This document shows, one piece after another, positions 1 through 14,737 of a stretch of 14,737 nt of DNA; position 1 is the stretch's first letter; each line of letters starts with the position of its first letter. This DNA is from Myxococcales bacterium (lineage in GTDB: Bacteria > Myxococcota_A > Polyangia > Polyangiales > Polyangiaceae), in the NCBI GenBank assembly GCA_043747615.1, contig JAYTOU010000094.1, forward strand, positions 1 to 14,737, in the 5' to 3' direction. Position numbers and translations under genes: made by a program. Under the pieces are notes generated by a model that had not been told where the DNA came from, searched no databases, and saw nothing but the letters and a program-made list of their open reading frames with translations.

Positions 1-81
1 AGCATCTCGGTGTCTTCGACGATGGGTCCTGGCGTCAAAATCGATCCGGCTGAGTTCATCGGCCGCACCGAGGAGGCCTAA
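1..81 (+). CDS. rplA: 50S ribosomal protein L1, C-terminal fragment (5'-truncated by the window)
   Basis: Frame 1 reads SISVSSTMGPGVKIDPAEFIGRTEEA*, containing the L1 C-terminal STMGPG motif. TAA at 79-81, directly upstream of rplJ. Confidence 0.95.
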   Translation, partial: SISVSSTMGPGVKIDPAEFIGRTEEA

Positions 82-86
82 GAGTC

Positions 87-650
87 ATGGAACGCGAAAG
101 CATCCAACCGCAGAAGAGCACCTCTGTTCAAAAGAACGTTCAGATCGGCGAAGTCAAAACCAAGTTCGCCAAGATGACGTCCGCGATCTTCCTCGACTAC
201 AAGGGAATGACCGTCGAGAACGACACCAAGCTCCGCGCCGAATTCCGCAAGGCAGGCGTGGAGTACAAGGTCGTCAAGAACACCCTGGTCAAGCACGCCA
301 TCAAAGAGGAGTCCTACGGCAAGAAGCTGGACGACGTCCTGGTCGGCATGACGGGCATCGCCTGGAGCTACGAGGATCCCAGCATCGCTGCGAAGATCGT
401 CAAAGCCTTCCGCAAAAAGGCGGAAGGGGAAAAGCTCCAGATCAAGGCCGGTCTCATCGACGGTTCGGTCATCACTGGCAAAGCGGTCGAAGACCAGCTC
501 GCCACGATGCCCGGCAAGGACGAGCTCCGCTCCATGTTGCTCGCGACGTTCCAGGCGCCGCTCACGCAGTTCGTTCAGCTACTGCAAGCGCCCGCCCAGA
601 ACTTCGTTTATCTCCTCGCCGCCAAGGAACAGGCCGGCAGCGACAAGTAA
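87..650 (+). CDS. rplJ: 50S ribosomal protein L10
   Basis: DYKGMTV...KLR, YKVVKNTL and LATMPGKDELRSMLL are L10 motifs. SD GAGGAGG at 70-76 lies inside the rplA end. Synteny rplA-rplJ-rplL. Confidence 0.97.
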   Translation: MERESIQPQKSTSVQKNVQIGEVKTKFAKMTSAIFLDYKGMTVENDTKLRAEFRKAGVEYKVVKNTLVKHAIKEESYGKKLDDVLVGMTGIAWSYEDPSIAAKIVKAFRKKAEGEKLQIKAGLIDGSVITGKAVEDQLATMPGKDELRSMLLATFQAPLTQFVQLLQAPAQNFVYLLAAKEQAGSDK

Positions 651-674
651 GTCGCGTGATCGACATCACGTGAC
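651..674 (+). other. Hairpin immediately after the rplJ stop
   Basis: GTCGCGTGAT (651-660), loop CGAC, ATCACGTGAC (665-674): 10 bp with one G-U. An alternative pairing 651-657/673-679 is possible. No adjacent U-tract. Confidence 0.5.
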
Positions 675-772
675 GCGACCTCCGACGGTCACCCAGTACT
701 CACGCAGTTTTTCAAACGAACCCAACGCCGCTAACCCGGCTCAAAAATTTAGCAATTACGGAGACTACGAAC

Positions 773-1156
773 ATGACTGACATTTCCAAAGAGCAGGTCG
801 TTGATTACCTTTCGAACCTGCCCGTCATTCAGATTGCCGAGCTCATCAAGAACCTCGAAGAGAAGTGGGGCGTCAAAGCTGCTCCGGCCATGGTCGCGGG
901 ACCTGCCGGTGGTGGAGCTGCTCCCGCCGCTGTTGTCGAGGAGAAGACCGAGTTCACCGTCGAGCTCAAAGAAGCCGGCGCGAGCAAGATCAACGTCATC
1001 AAGGTGGTCCGCGAGATCACCGGTCTCGGCCTGAAAGAGGCGAAGGACCTTGTCGAGGCTGCGCCCAAGCCCATCAAAGAAGGCGTGACCAAGGCCGAGG
1101 CCGAGGACATGAAGAAGAAGCTCGAAGACGCCGGCGCGAAGGTCGAGCTCAAGTAA
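773..1156 (+). CDS. rplL: 50S ribosomal protein L7/L12
   Basis: [10 protein letters not shown], Ala/Gly hinge, [51 protein letters not shown] at 760-763. Confidence 0.99.
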   Translation: MTDISKEQVVDYLSNLPVIQIAELIKNLEEKWGVKAAPAMVAGPAGGGAAPAAVVEEKTEFTVELKEAGASKINVIKVVREITGLGLKEAKDLVEAAPKPIKEGVTKAEAEDMKKKLEDAGAKVELK

Positions 1157-1188
1157 GTGCGATTTTCGGTGTTGTCGTAGTGTCGGCA

Positions 1189-1250
1189 AGGGGCGGCGCG
1201 GCGGGAGAGATCCCTTCGCGTTCGTCCCTATCGATGTTTGTGGTTTTTTT
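1189..1250 (+). terminator. Putative attenuator/terminator hairpin between rplL and rpoB
   Basis: Imperfect stem AGGGGCG-GCGCG-GC-GGGA, loop GAGA (GNRA), TCCC-TT-CGCGT-T-CGTCCCT (1189-1229), then a T-rich tail with T7 at 1244-1250. Same position as the E. coli rplL-rpoB attenuator, although the T-run is offset from the stem. Confidence 0.55.
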
Positions 1251-1300
1251 CGGTTGTGTCAGTGAGTCAGTCACGCCGTGTAGAGCAGTGAGGAGCCGCG

Positions 1301-5430
<4,130 letters not shown>

Positions 5431-5434
<4 letters not shown>

Positions 5435-5817
5435 TGGTGATGTTTCGGTCCGCTCTCCTGATTGTCGGAGGTTTGCTGATGGTGACGGCGTGTACGTCGT
5501 CGGCAGGCACCTCGACGTCGAGCGGCGGGCTCAACGCGCCGTGCAGTGCGAGCACCCCATGTCAAAGCGGCATGGAGTGCAGCACCGCCGGATGTGTTCG
5601 ACCCGATTGCTCATCGGATGGAGCAGGGACGGAGCACGGCTGTACAGACGGGTATTGCCTCGATCCCGCGCGCGACGACGCTGGCTCGAGCAGTCAGGCG
5701 CTTGGACGCGCTCGGAAATACTGCACCGGAACGTGTAGTCGAAGCGCCAAGATGGGATGCACGTCGGCATCTCACTGCGAGGACTGGGGGAACGTTGATG
5801 TTTGCATGCCCCTATGA
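5431..5817 (+). CDS. Putative cysteine-rich lipoprotein of unknown function (start may be 5431, 5434 or 5440)
   Basis: Signal peptide (R, then LLIVGGLLM) and lipobox VTA-C, a Ser/Thr/Gly linker, then 12 further Cys. The start overlaps the rpoB TGA (GTGATG). Confidence 0.8.
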
Positions 5818-5820
5818 ACT

Positions 5821-5920
5821 TGAGTGCCCCTCATAAGCGGCGAAGCCGCGATTTGGGAGGGGCCGCCCGCGCAAGAGCTGAGCACGGACGGGGTGGGCAA
5901 CCCAATCCCTCCCAGGTTTT
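5821..5920. repeat. Structured palindromic intergenic element (REP-like) upstream of rpoC
   Basis: Hairpin GCGGC-GAA-GCCGC (5837-5849). A 13-bp stem 5850-5862/5906-5918 (with G-U pairs) encloses an imperfect stem 5863-5872/5882-5891 and the hairpin TGGG-CAA-CCCA (5894-5904). Multi-copy status cannot be shown from this window. Confidence 0.5.
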
Positions 5921-5971
5921 CAAAGTTTCAATCTCTGATTCGATTCACAACTAGGAAGAGAGTATTCCGAC

Positions 5972-10216
<4,245 letters not shown>

Positions 10217-10240
10217 ACTCTTCGAACCCAACACCCGCGC

Positions 10241-10278
10241 GCGGCGCGATTCCGAAAGGGGTCGCGCCGTTCGTGTGT
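10241..10278 (+). terminator. Probable intrinsic terminator/stability hairpin after rpoC
   Basis: 13-bp stem GCGGCGCGATTCC, loop GAAA, GGGGTCGCGCCGT (10241-10270) with a weak TCGTGTGT tail. Extendable by CCCAACAC/GTGTGTGGG to about 10227-10281. Confidence 0.7.
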
Positions 10279-10653
10279 GGGCTACGGAAAACGCCGCGGA
10301 GCAAGGCGGCGAAGTCGGAGGCGGCGGTGTCGCCGTCGCAACGATTTGTCGACGTAGTGAGCTCCGAGTGCGGTGAGGGAATTCACGTGGATGAAGACGA
10401 GCTCGGCTCGGACGTGGCGCGCGTGCTGGATGCCCCGCCGCTTGCCGTTTCTGGCTTTGAAGCGGCGAACGGAGCCGCGGGCGGCGGAACGACACCTCGC
10501 TCTAAATTTCCGGCGATCGGAGGGCCGTTGAGAGAGTTTTTCACGGTCTGGAGACCGACCGTAAAGACCGTGCTGCGGAGGAGCTTTGCCGCGGTGGAGT
10601 TGCATCCAACGCTGAGCGCGGCCAGAGCAGAGCTCGACACAAGGTCTCCGCTC

Positions 10654-11181
10654 TCAGCCGCCAACGATTGCTCCGTCACGGTACCGGCGCCGGGCCCACT
10701 CGCTCATCATGATCCCGGCGGCCACCGCGACTGGAAAAGAGTGGTTCACCCCGTACATGGGAATGCCGACGACGTTCGCCACCCGCGCGATGAATGCGCC
10801 ATCGAGGCCCCCTCGCTCGCTCCCGAGAACAAAAATGACGTCTCTCGGGAACTGGGCGATTTCGTAGACAGCCTGCTTCGCGTCGTCTTTCTCCACCGCC
10901 CAAATCGGCCTGGCGCCCGCATACTCGAAGAAGGCGGCATCGTCTTTCACGGTGACGATTTGCTCGTACTTCTCCATCCCCATGGAGGCTTTCTCGTAAT
11001 AGGGTGCCTCCCCGATGACGATGATTTCGCGCACTAAAAAGCTGTGAGCCACCCGGATGATCGCCCCCACGGCGAACGGATTTTGGAGGCTGTGGAGCGC
11101 GACCGAAAAATCGTTTCGGAGCGGCAGAAGCGCCCGGCGAACCTCATCCGCGTCACTTTCGAGCGGGGGGTCGAGCGCCAT
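10654..11181 (-). CDS. SpoU/TrmH-family (SPOUT) RNA methyltransferase-like protein, ~175 aa
   Basis: Motif 1-like QNPFAVGAIIRVA, motif 2 FVLGSERGGL, motif 3-like IPMYGVNHSFPVAVAAGI. I prefer the ATG at 11181 (MALDPP) over 11307 because the longer ORF runs through the rpsL promoter. Confidence 0.9.
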   Translation of the reverse strand: MALDPPLESDADEVRRALLPLRNDFSVALHSLQNPFAVGAIIRVAHSFLVREIIVIGEAPYYEKASMGMEKYEQIVTVKDDAAFFEYAGARPIWAVEKDDAKQAVYEIAQFPRDVIFVLGSERGGLDGAFIARVANVVGIPMYGVNHSFPVAVAAGIMMSEWARRRYRDGAIVGG

Positions 11182-11189
11182 TCGGAGCC

Positions 11190-11218
11190 AACCTAGCCCG
11201 CGCGGGCCCTCCCGGGAA
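11190..11218 (-). promoter_or_regulatory. Possible promoter for a leaderless transcript of the SPOUT gene
   Basis: Minus strand TTCCCG-17 nt-TAGGTT, ending 8 nt before the ATG at 11181. No SD at normal spacing. Confidence 0.3.
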
Positions 11219-11240
11219 CCAGACAGTTGGGCTCTATCTC

Positions 11241-11276
11241 TTGACAGAGCGTCGCCCACAAGTAGAGTGCGCTCCC
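11241..11276 (+). promoter_or_regulatory. Sigma70-type promoter of the str operon
   Basis: Perfect -35 TTGACA (11241-11246), 16-nt spacer, -10 TAGAGT (11263-11268) and GC-rich discriminator GCGCTCCC, as typical of stringently controlled promoters. Confidence 0.75.
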
Positions 11277-11356
11277 CCGCGGCCGTGATCCGTGCCGCAA
11301 GCACCATTTTTTACACCGTAATTGCAGTGTTTTAGCCCCCCAGGTTAAGCCCAACG

Positions 11357-11755
11357 ATGCCCACCATCAATCAGCTGATCAACCACGGTCGCCTCGCGGC
11401 GCGCTTTAAGACGGCCTCGCCGGCCCTCAAGGCTTGTCCGCAAAAACGCGGCGTGTGCGTGCGTGTTTATACGACGACCCCGAAGAAGCCGAACTCTGCA
11501 CTCCGTAAGGTTTGCCGCGTTCGTCTCACGAACGGCATGGAAGTGACGTCGTACATCCCCGGCGAGGGGCACAACCTTCAGGAGCACTCGGTCGTCCTCA
11601 TTCGCGGCGGCCGCGTCAAGGACCTCCCAGGCGTTCGCTACCACGTGGTCCGTGGGACGCTCGACGCCTCGGGCGCGATCGGCCCGTCGTCGACCAATAA
11701 AGTGAATCGAAACCGCAAGCGATCGAAATACGGCGTCAAGCGCCCGAAGGCTTAA
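11357..11755 (+). CDS. rpsL: 30S ribosomal protein S12
   Basis: [49 protein letters not shown]. Confidence 0.99.
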   Translation: MPTINQLINHGRLAARFKTASPALKACPQKRGVCVRVYTTTPKKPNSALRKVCRVRLTNGMEVTSYIPGEGHNLQEHSVVLIRGGRVKDLPGVRYHVVRGTLDASGAIGPSSTNKVNRNRKRSKYGVKRPKA

Positions 11756-11760
11756 CGAAC

Positions 11761-12231
11761 ATGCCCCGTCGTCGTGAAGTACCCAAGCGTCACATCACTC
11801 CGGATCCGAAGTACAAGGACAAGCTCGTGTCGAAGTTCACGAACACCCTCATGTACGGCGGGAAGAAAGCGACAGCGGAGGGCATCCTCTACGGAGCGTT
11901 CGACGTGATCGCCGAGCGTTTCAAGGAAGACCCCATCGAGGTCTTTCGCAAGGCCCTCGACAACGTGAAACCGAAGCTCGAAGTGAAGAGCCGCCGCGTT
12001 GGTGGAGCGACCTACCAGGTTCCGGTCGAGGTTCGCCCCGAGCGTCGCGTCGCCCTGGCCATGCGCTGGCTCGTTCAGCATGCTCGTGACCGCGGTGAGA
12101 AGACGATGCGCGAGCGCCTCGCCGCCGAATTTTTCGACGCCTCAGCGGGCCGCGGCAACGCCGTGAAGAAGAAGGAAGACACGCACAAGATGGCCGACGC
12201 GAACAAGGCGTTTGCCCACTACCGCTGGTAG
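11761..12231 (+). CDS. rpsG: 30S ribosomal protein S7
   Basis: [33 protein letters not shown]. Confidence 0.99.
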   Translation: MPRRREVPKRHITPDPKYKDKLVSKFTNTLMYGGKKATAEGILYGAFDVIAERFKEDPIEVFRKALDNVKPKLEVKSRRVGGATYQVPVEVRPERRVALAMRWLVQHARDRGEKTMRERLAAEFFDASAGRGNAVKKKEDTHKMADANKAFAHYRW

Positions 12232-12321
12232 TCGACGAAGCTCAATCGGATTGAATTAGTCCCCGCGTGAAACACGGGACGCAGTGCAAAAGGTCTAGAA
12301 TCACGAAATGGCTACGCTGAC

Positions 12322-12441
12322 ATAAGGATCGGGTTGCTCGCCGGTAGTACCGGTAAATAAGCAGCACCCCGACACCCTCTCTGGGATCTAAGTGGTCTTT
12401 CCAAAATGCGGAAAGGCGACGGGCCAGAGGGGGTTTCTTGT
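12322..12441 (+). ncRNA. Candidate structured cis-regulatory RNA (three-way junction) in the rpsG-fusA spacer
   Basis: P1 12322-12328/12435-12441. P2 12329-12338/12363-12372, capped by 12340-12345/12349-12354. P3 12374-12384/12424-12434 (11 bp), capped by 12395-12402/12410-12417. Confidence 0.6.
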
Positions 12442-12487
12442 ATCCGCCGTCCTAAGACGCCTCGAAACGAAGAAAGGAGAACTCACC

Positions 12488-14605
12488 ATGGCTCGCGAAT
12501 ATCCGCTCGAACGAACCCGCAATATCGGAATCATGGCGCACATCGACGCCGGCAAAACGACGACGACGGAGCGAGTTCTCTATTACACGGGCGTGAATTA
12601 CAAAATCGGCGAGGTCCACGAGGGCGCCGCGACCATGGACTACATGGTTCAGGAGCAGGAGCGCGGGATCACGATCACCTCCGCCGCGACGAACTGTTTC
12701 TGGGCTCCGCTCGAAGGTCCGCATGCCGGCATTCGCCACCGCATCAACATCATCGACACCCCTGGCCACGTGGACTTCACCATCGAAGTCGAGCGGAGCC
12801 TCCGCGTCCTCGACGGCGCCGTCGCCGTTCTCGACGGTGGCAACGGTGTCGAGCCTCAGACCGAGACCGTCTGGCGGCAAGCCGACAAATTCCGCGTCCC
12901 GCGAATCGTGTTCGTCAACAAGATGGACAAGGTTGGCGCCGACTTCGAGATGAACGTCAACTCGATCCGCGAACGCCTCGGAGTGGTGCCCGTCCCCATC
13001 CAGTGGCCGGTCGGCGAAGAAGATCAGCACAAGGGCGTCGTCGACCTCATCAAGATGAAGGCCGCCATCTTCGACGACGAGTCGAAGGGTCAGAAGTACG
13101 AGTGGGTCGAGATCCCCGCCGCGATCAAGGCCAAGTGCGTCGAGTACCGCGACAAGATGATCGAGGCTTGCGCCGACGTCGACGAAGACATCATGGCGAA
13201 GTTCCTCGACGGCAAGAGCGAGAGCATCTCCGAAGCGCAGCTCGTCGCCGCGATCCGCAAGGGCTGCACGACGTTCAAGTTCTTCCCGGTCATCTGCGGC
13301 TCGGCGTTCAAGAACAAGGGCGTTCAGCTCATGCTCGACGCCGTCGTCAACTACCTGCCTTCGCCTCTCGACATTCCCCCCGTCAAGGGCATCAACCCCG
13401 ACAACGACAAGGAAGAAGAGCGCAAGGCCGACGACAAGGCGCCCTTCGCGGGCTACGCCTTCAAGATCATCAACGACCCGCACGGAAACCTCACGTTCTT
13501 CCGCGTTTACTCGGGCACCCTCACCTCCGGCACGATGGTCGCGAACTCGACCCGCGGAAAGCGCGAGCGCATCGGCCGCATCCTCCGCATGCACGCCAAC
13601 AAGCGCGAGGAGCTCACCGAAGCTGACTCTGGGAACATCTACGCTGCGGTCGGCCTCAAAGACACGCGCACCGGCGACACTCTCTGCGACGAGAACAAGC
13701 CGATCATCCTCGAGCGCATGATCTTCCCGGAGCCCGTCATTTCGATCGCCATCGAGCCGAAGACGAAGCCCGACGTCGAGAAGCTCGGCATTGGCCTCCA
13801 GAAGCTCGCAGCCGAAGATCCGTCGTTCCGCATCCACACCGACGAAGAGTCGGGTCAGACGATCATCAGCGGAATGGGCGAGCTCCACCTCGACATCATC
13901 GTCGATCGCCTCCGCCGTGAGTTCAAAGTCGAGTCGAACGTCGGCAAGCCCGAAGTCGCCTACCGCGAGGCGATCAACAAAGACGTTCGCTGCGAGTACA
14001 AATACGCCAAGCAGTCCGGCGGCCGCGGCCAGTACGGTCACGTGCTTATGGAGATCGGTCCGGGAGAGCGCGGCAAAGGCTTCGAGTTCGACAACGACAT
14101 CGTCGGCGGCGTCATTCCGAAAGAGTTCATCCCGGCCATCGAGAAGGGCGTTCGCGAGGCCATGGGGCGCGGCGTCCTCGCTGGCTTTCCCCTGGTCGAC
14201 ATGAAATGTCGCCTGTACGACGGCACCTACCACGACGTCGACTCGAGCGCGCAGGCCTTTGAGATCGCGGCTTCCCTCTGTTTCCAAGACGGCGCCAAGC
14301 GCGCCGGGATTCACCTCCTGGAGCCGGTCATGAAGAACGAAGTGGTCGTCCCCGAGCAGTACATGGGCGACGTCATCGGCGATGTGAACTCGCGCCGCGG
14401 GAAGATTCTCGGCATGAGCCAGCGCGGGAATGCCCAGGTCATCGATTCAGAAGTTCCCCTGGCCACGATGTTCGGCTACGTGACCGATCTGCGCTCGATG
14501 ACCCAAGGTCGTGCGACCTCGTCGCTTCATTTTTCACACTACGCACCCGTCCCCGCGGCAGTCCAAGAAGAGATCGTCGCGAGGGTCAGGGGAACCTCGA
14601 GATAA
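12488..14605 (+). CDS. fusA: Elongation factor G (705 aa)
   Basis: [54 protein letters not shown]. The ATG at 12488 follows SD AAAGGAG. Confidence 0.99.
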   Translation: MAREYPLERTRNIGIMAHIDAGKTTTTERVLYYTGVNYKIGEVHEGAATMDYMVQEQERGITITSAATNCFWAPLEGPHAGIRHRINIIDTPGHVDFTIEVERSLRVLDGAVAVLDGGNGVEPQTETVWRQADKFRVPRIVFVNKMDKVGADFEMNVNSIRERLGVVPVPIQWPVGEEDQHKGVVDLIKMKAAIFDDESKGQKYEWVEIPAAIKAKCVEYRDKMIEACADVDEDIMAKFLDGKSESISEAQLVAAIRKGCTTFKFFPVICGSAFKNKGVQLMLDAVVNYLPSPLDIPPVKGINPDNDKEEERKADDKAPFAGYAFKIINDPHGNLTFFRVYSGTLTSGTMVANSTRGKRERIGRILRMHANKREELTEADSGNIYAAVGLKDTRTGDTLCDENKPIILERMIFPEPVISIAIEPKTKPDVEKLGIGLQKLAAEDPSFRIHTDEESGQTIISGMGELHLDIIVDRLRREFKVESNVGKPEVAYREAINKDVRCEYKYAKQSGGRGQYGHVLMEIGPGERGKGFEFDNDIVGGVIPKEFIPAIEKGVREAMGRGVLAGFPLVDMKCRLYDGTYHDVDSSAQAFEIAASLCFQDGAKRAGIHLLEPVMKNEVVVPEQYMGDVIGDVNSRRGKILGMSQRGNAQVIDSEVPLATMFGYVTDLRSMTQGRATSSLHFSHYAPVPAAVQEEIVARVRGTSR

Positions 14606-14655
14606 CTCAAACTTTTCGAATTCACCGTCGGCTTTTTTTTCAGGAGACACTCGTC

Positions 14656-14737
14656 ATGGCGAAAGAAAAATTCAACCGGAACAAGCTTCACGTCAACGTT
14701 GGCACCATTGGTCACATCGACCACGGGAAGACGACGC
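14656..14737 (+). CDS. tuf: Elongation factor Tu, N-terminal fragment (3'-truncated by the window)
   Basis: [34 protein letters not shown] at 14642-14646, preceded by T8 (14633-14640). Confidence 0.97.
   Translation, partial: MAKEKFNRNKLHVNVGTIGHIDHGKTT

Noticed and set aside
669..1275. Possible long-range pairing across rplL (e.g. CAACGCCG 723-730 with CGGTGTTG 1167-1174)
   Set aside because: Matches are only 6-8 nt and are expected from the opposite C/A and G/T skews of the two spacers.
10273..11037. 254-aa + strand ORF after rpoC
   Set aside because: It starts in the terminator tail with no SD, and its second half is the in-register antisense of the SPOUT gene.
11182..11307. 42-aa N-terminal extension of the SPOUT protein
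   Set aside because: It overlaps the rpsL promoter and leader and does not look like part of the domain.
12392..12487. 32-aa N-terminal extension of EF-G from the GTG at 12392
   Set aside because: The ATG at 12488 has a strong SD and gives the canonical [12 protein letters not shown] start. The extension runs through the structured RNA.
12406..14314. 620-aa antisense ORF and 406-aa Arg-rich alternative-frame ORF in fusA
   Set aside because: Expected artefacts of high GC3 codon bias.
14606..14640. Terminator between fusA and tuf (T8 run)
   Set aside because: No adequate stem precedes the T-run, which abuts the tuf SD and is more likely a translation enhancer.

Overview
A GC-rich bacterial core transcription/translation locus: rplA (3' end)-rplJ-rplL-rpoB-rpoC, then rpsL-rpsG-fusA-tuf (5' end), all on the + strand. 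Protein style and the Cys-rich lipoprotein suggest Myxococcota, probably Polyangiales (inference, not a database result). The usually tight superoperon is interrupted twice. First, a ~128-aa 13-Cys lipoprotein gene overlaps the rpoB stop and is followed by a structured repeat-like element before rpoC. Second, a minus-strand SpoU/TrmH-family methyltransferase with both motif Asn residues replaced, plus ~430 nt of unexplained DNA, separates rpoC from rpsL. The rplA-rplJ and rpsL-rpsG spacers are only 5 nt, leaving no room for the leaders known in E. coli. A 256-nt spacer with a clear three-way-junction fold lies between rpsG and fusA and is the best candidate for an undescribed cis-regulatory RNA. 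I found no tRNA, rRNA, CRISPR array or transposase.
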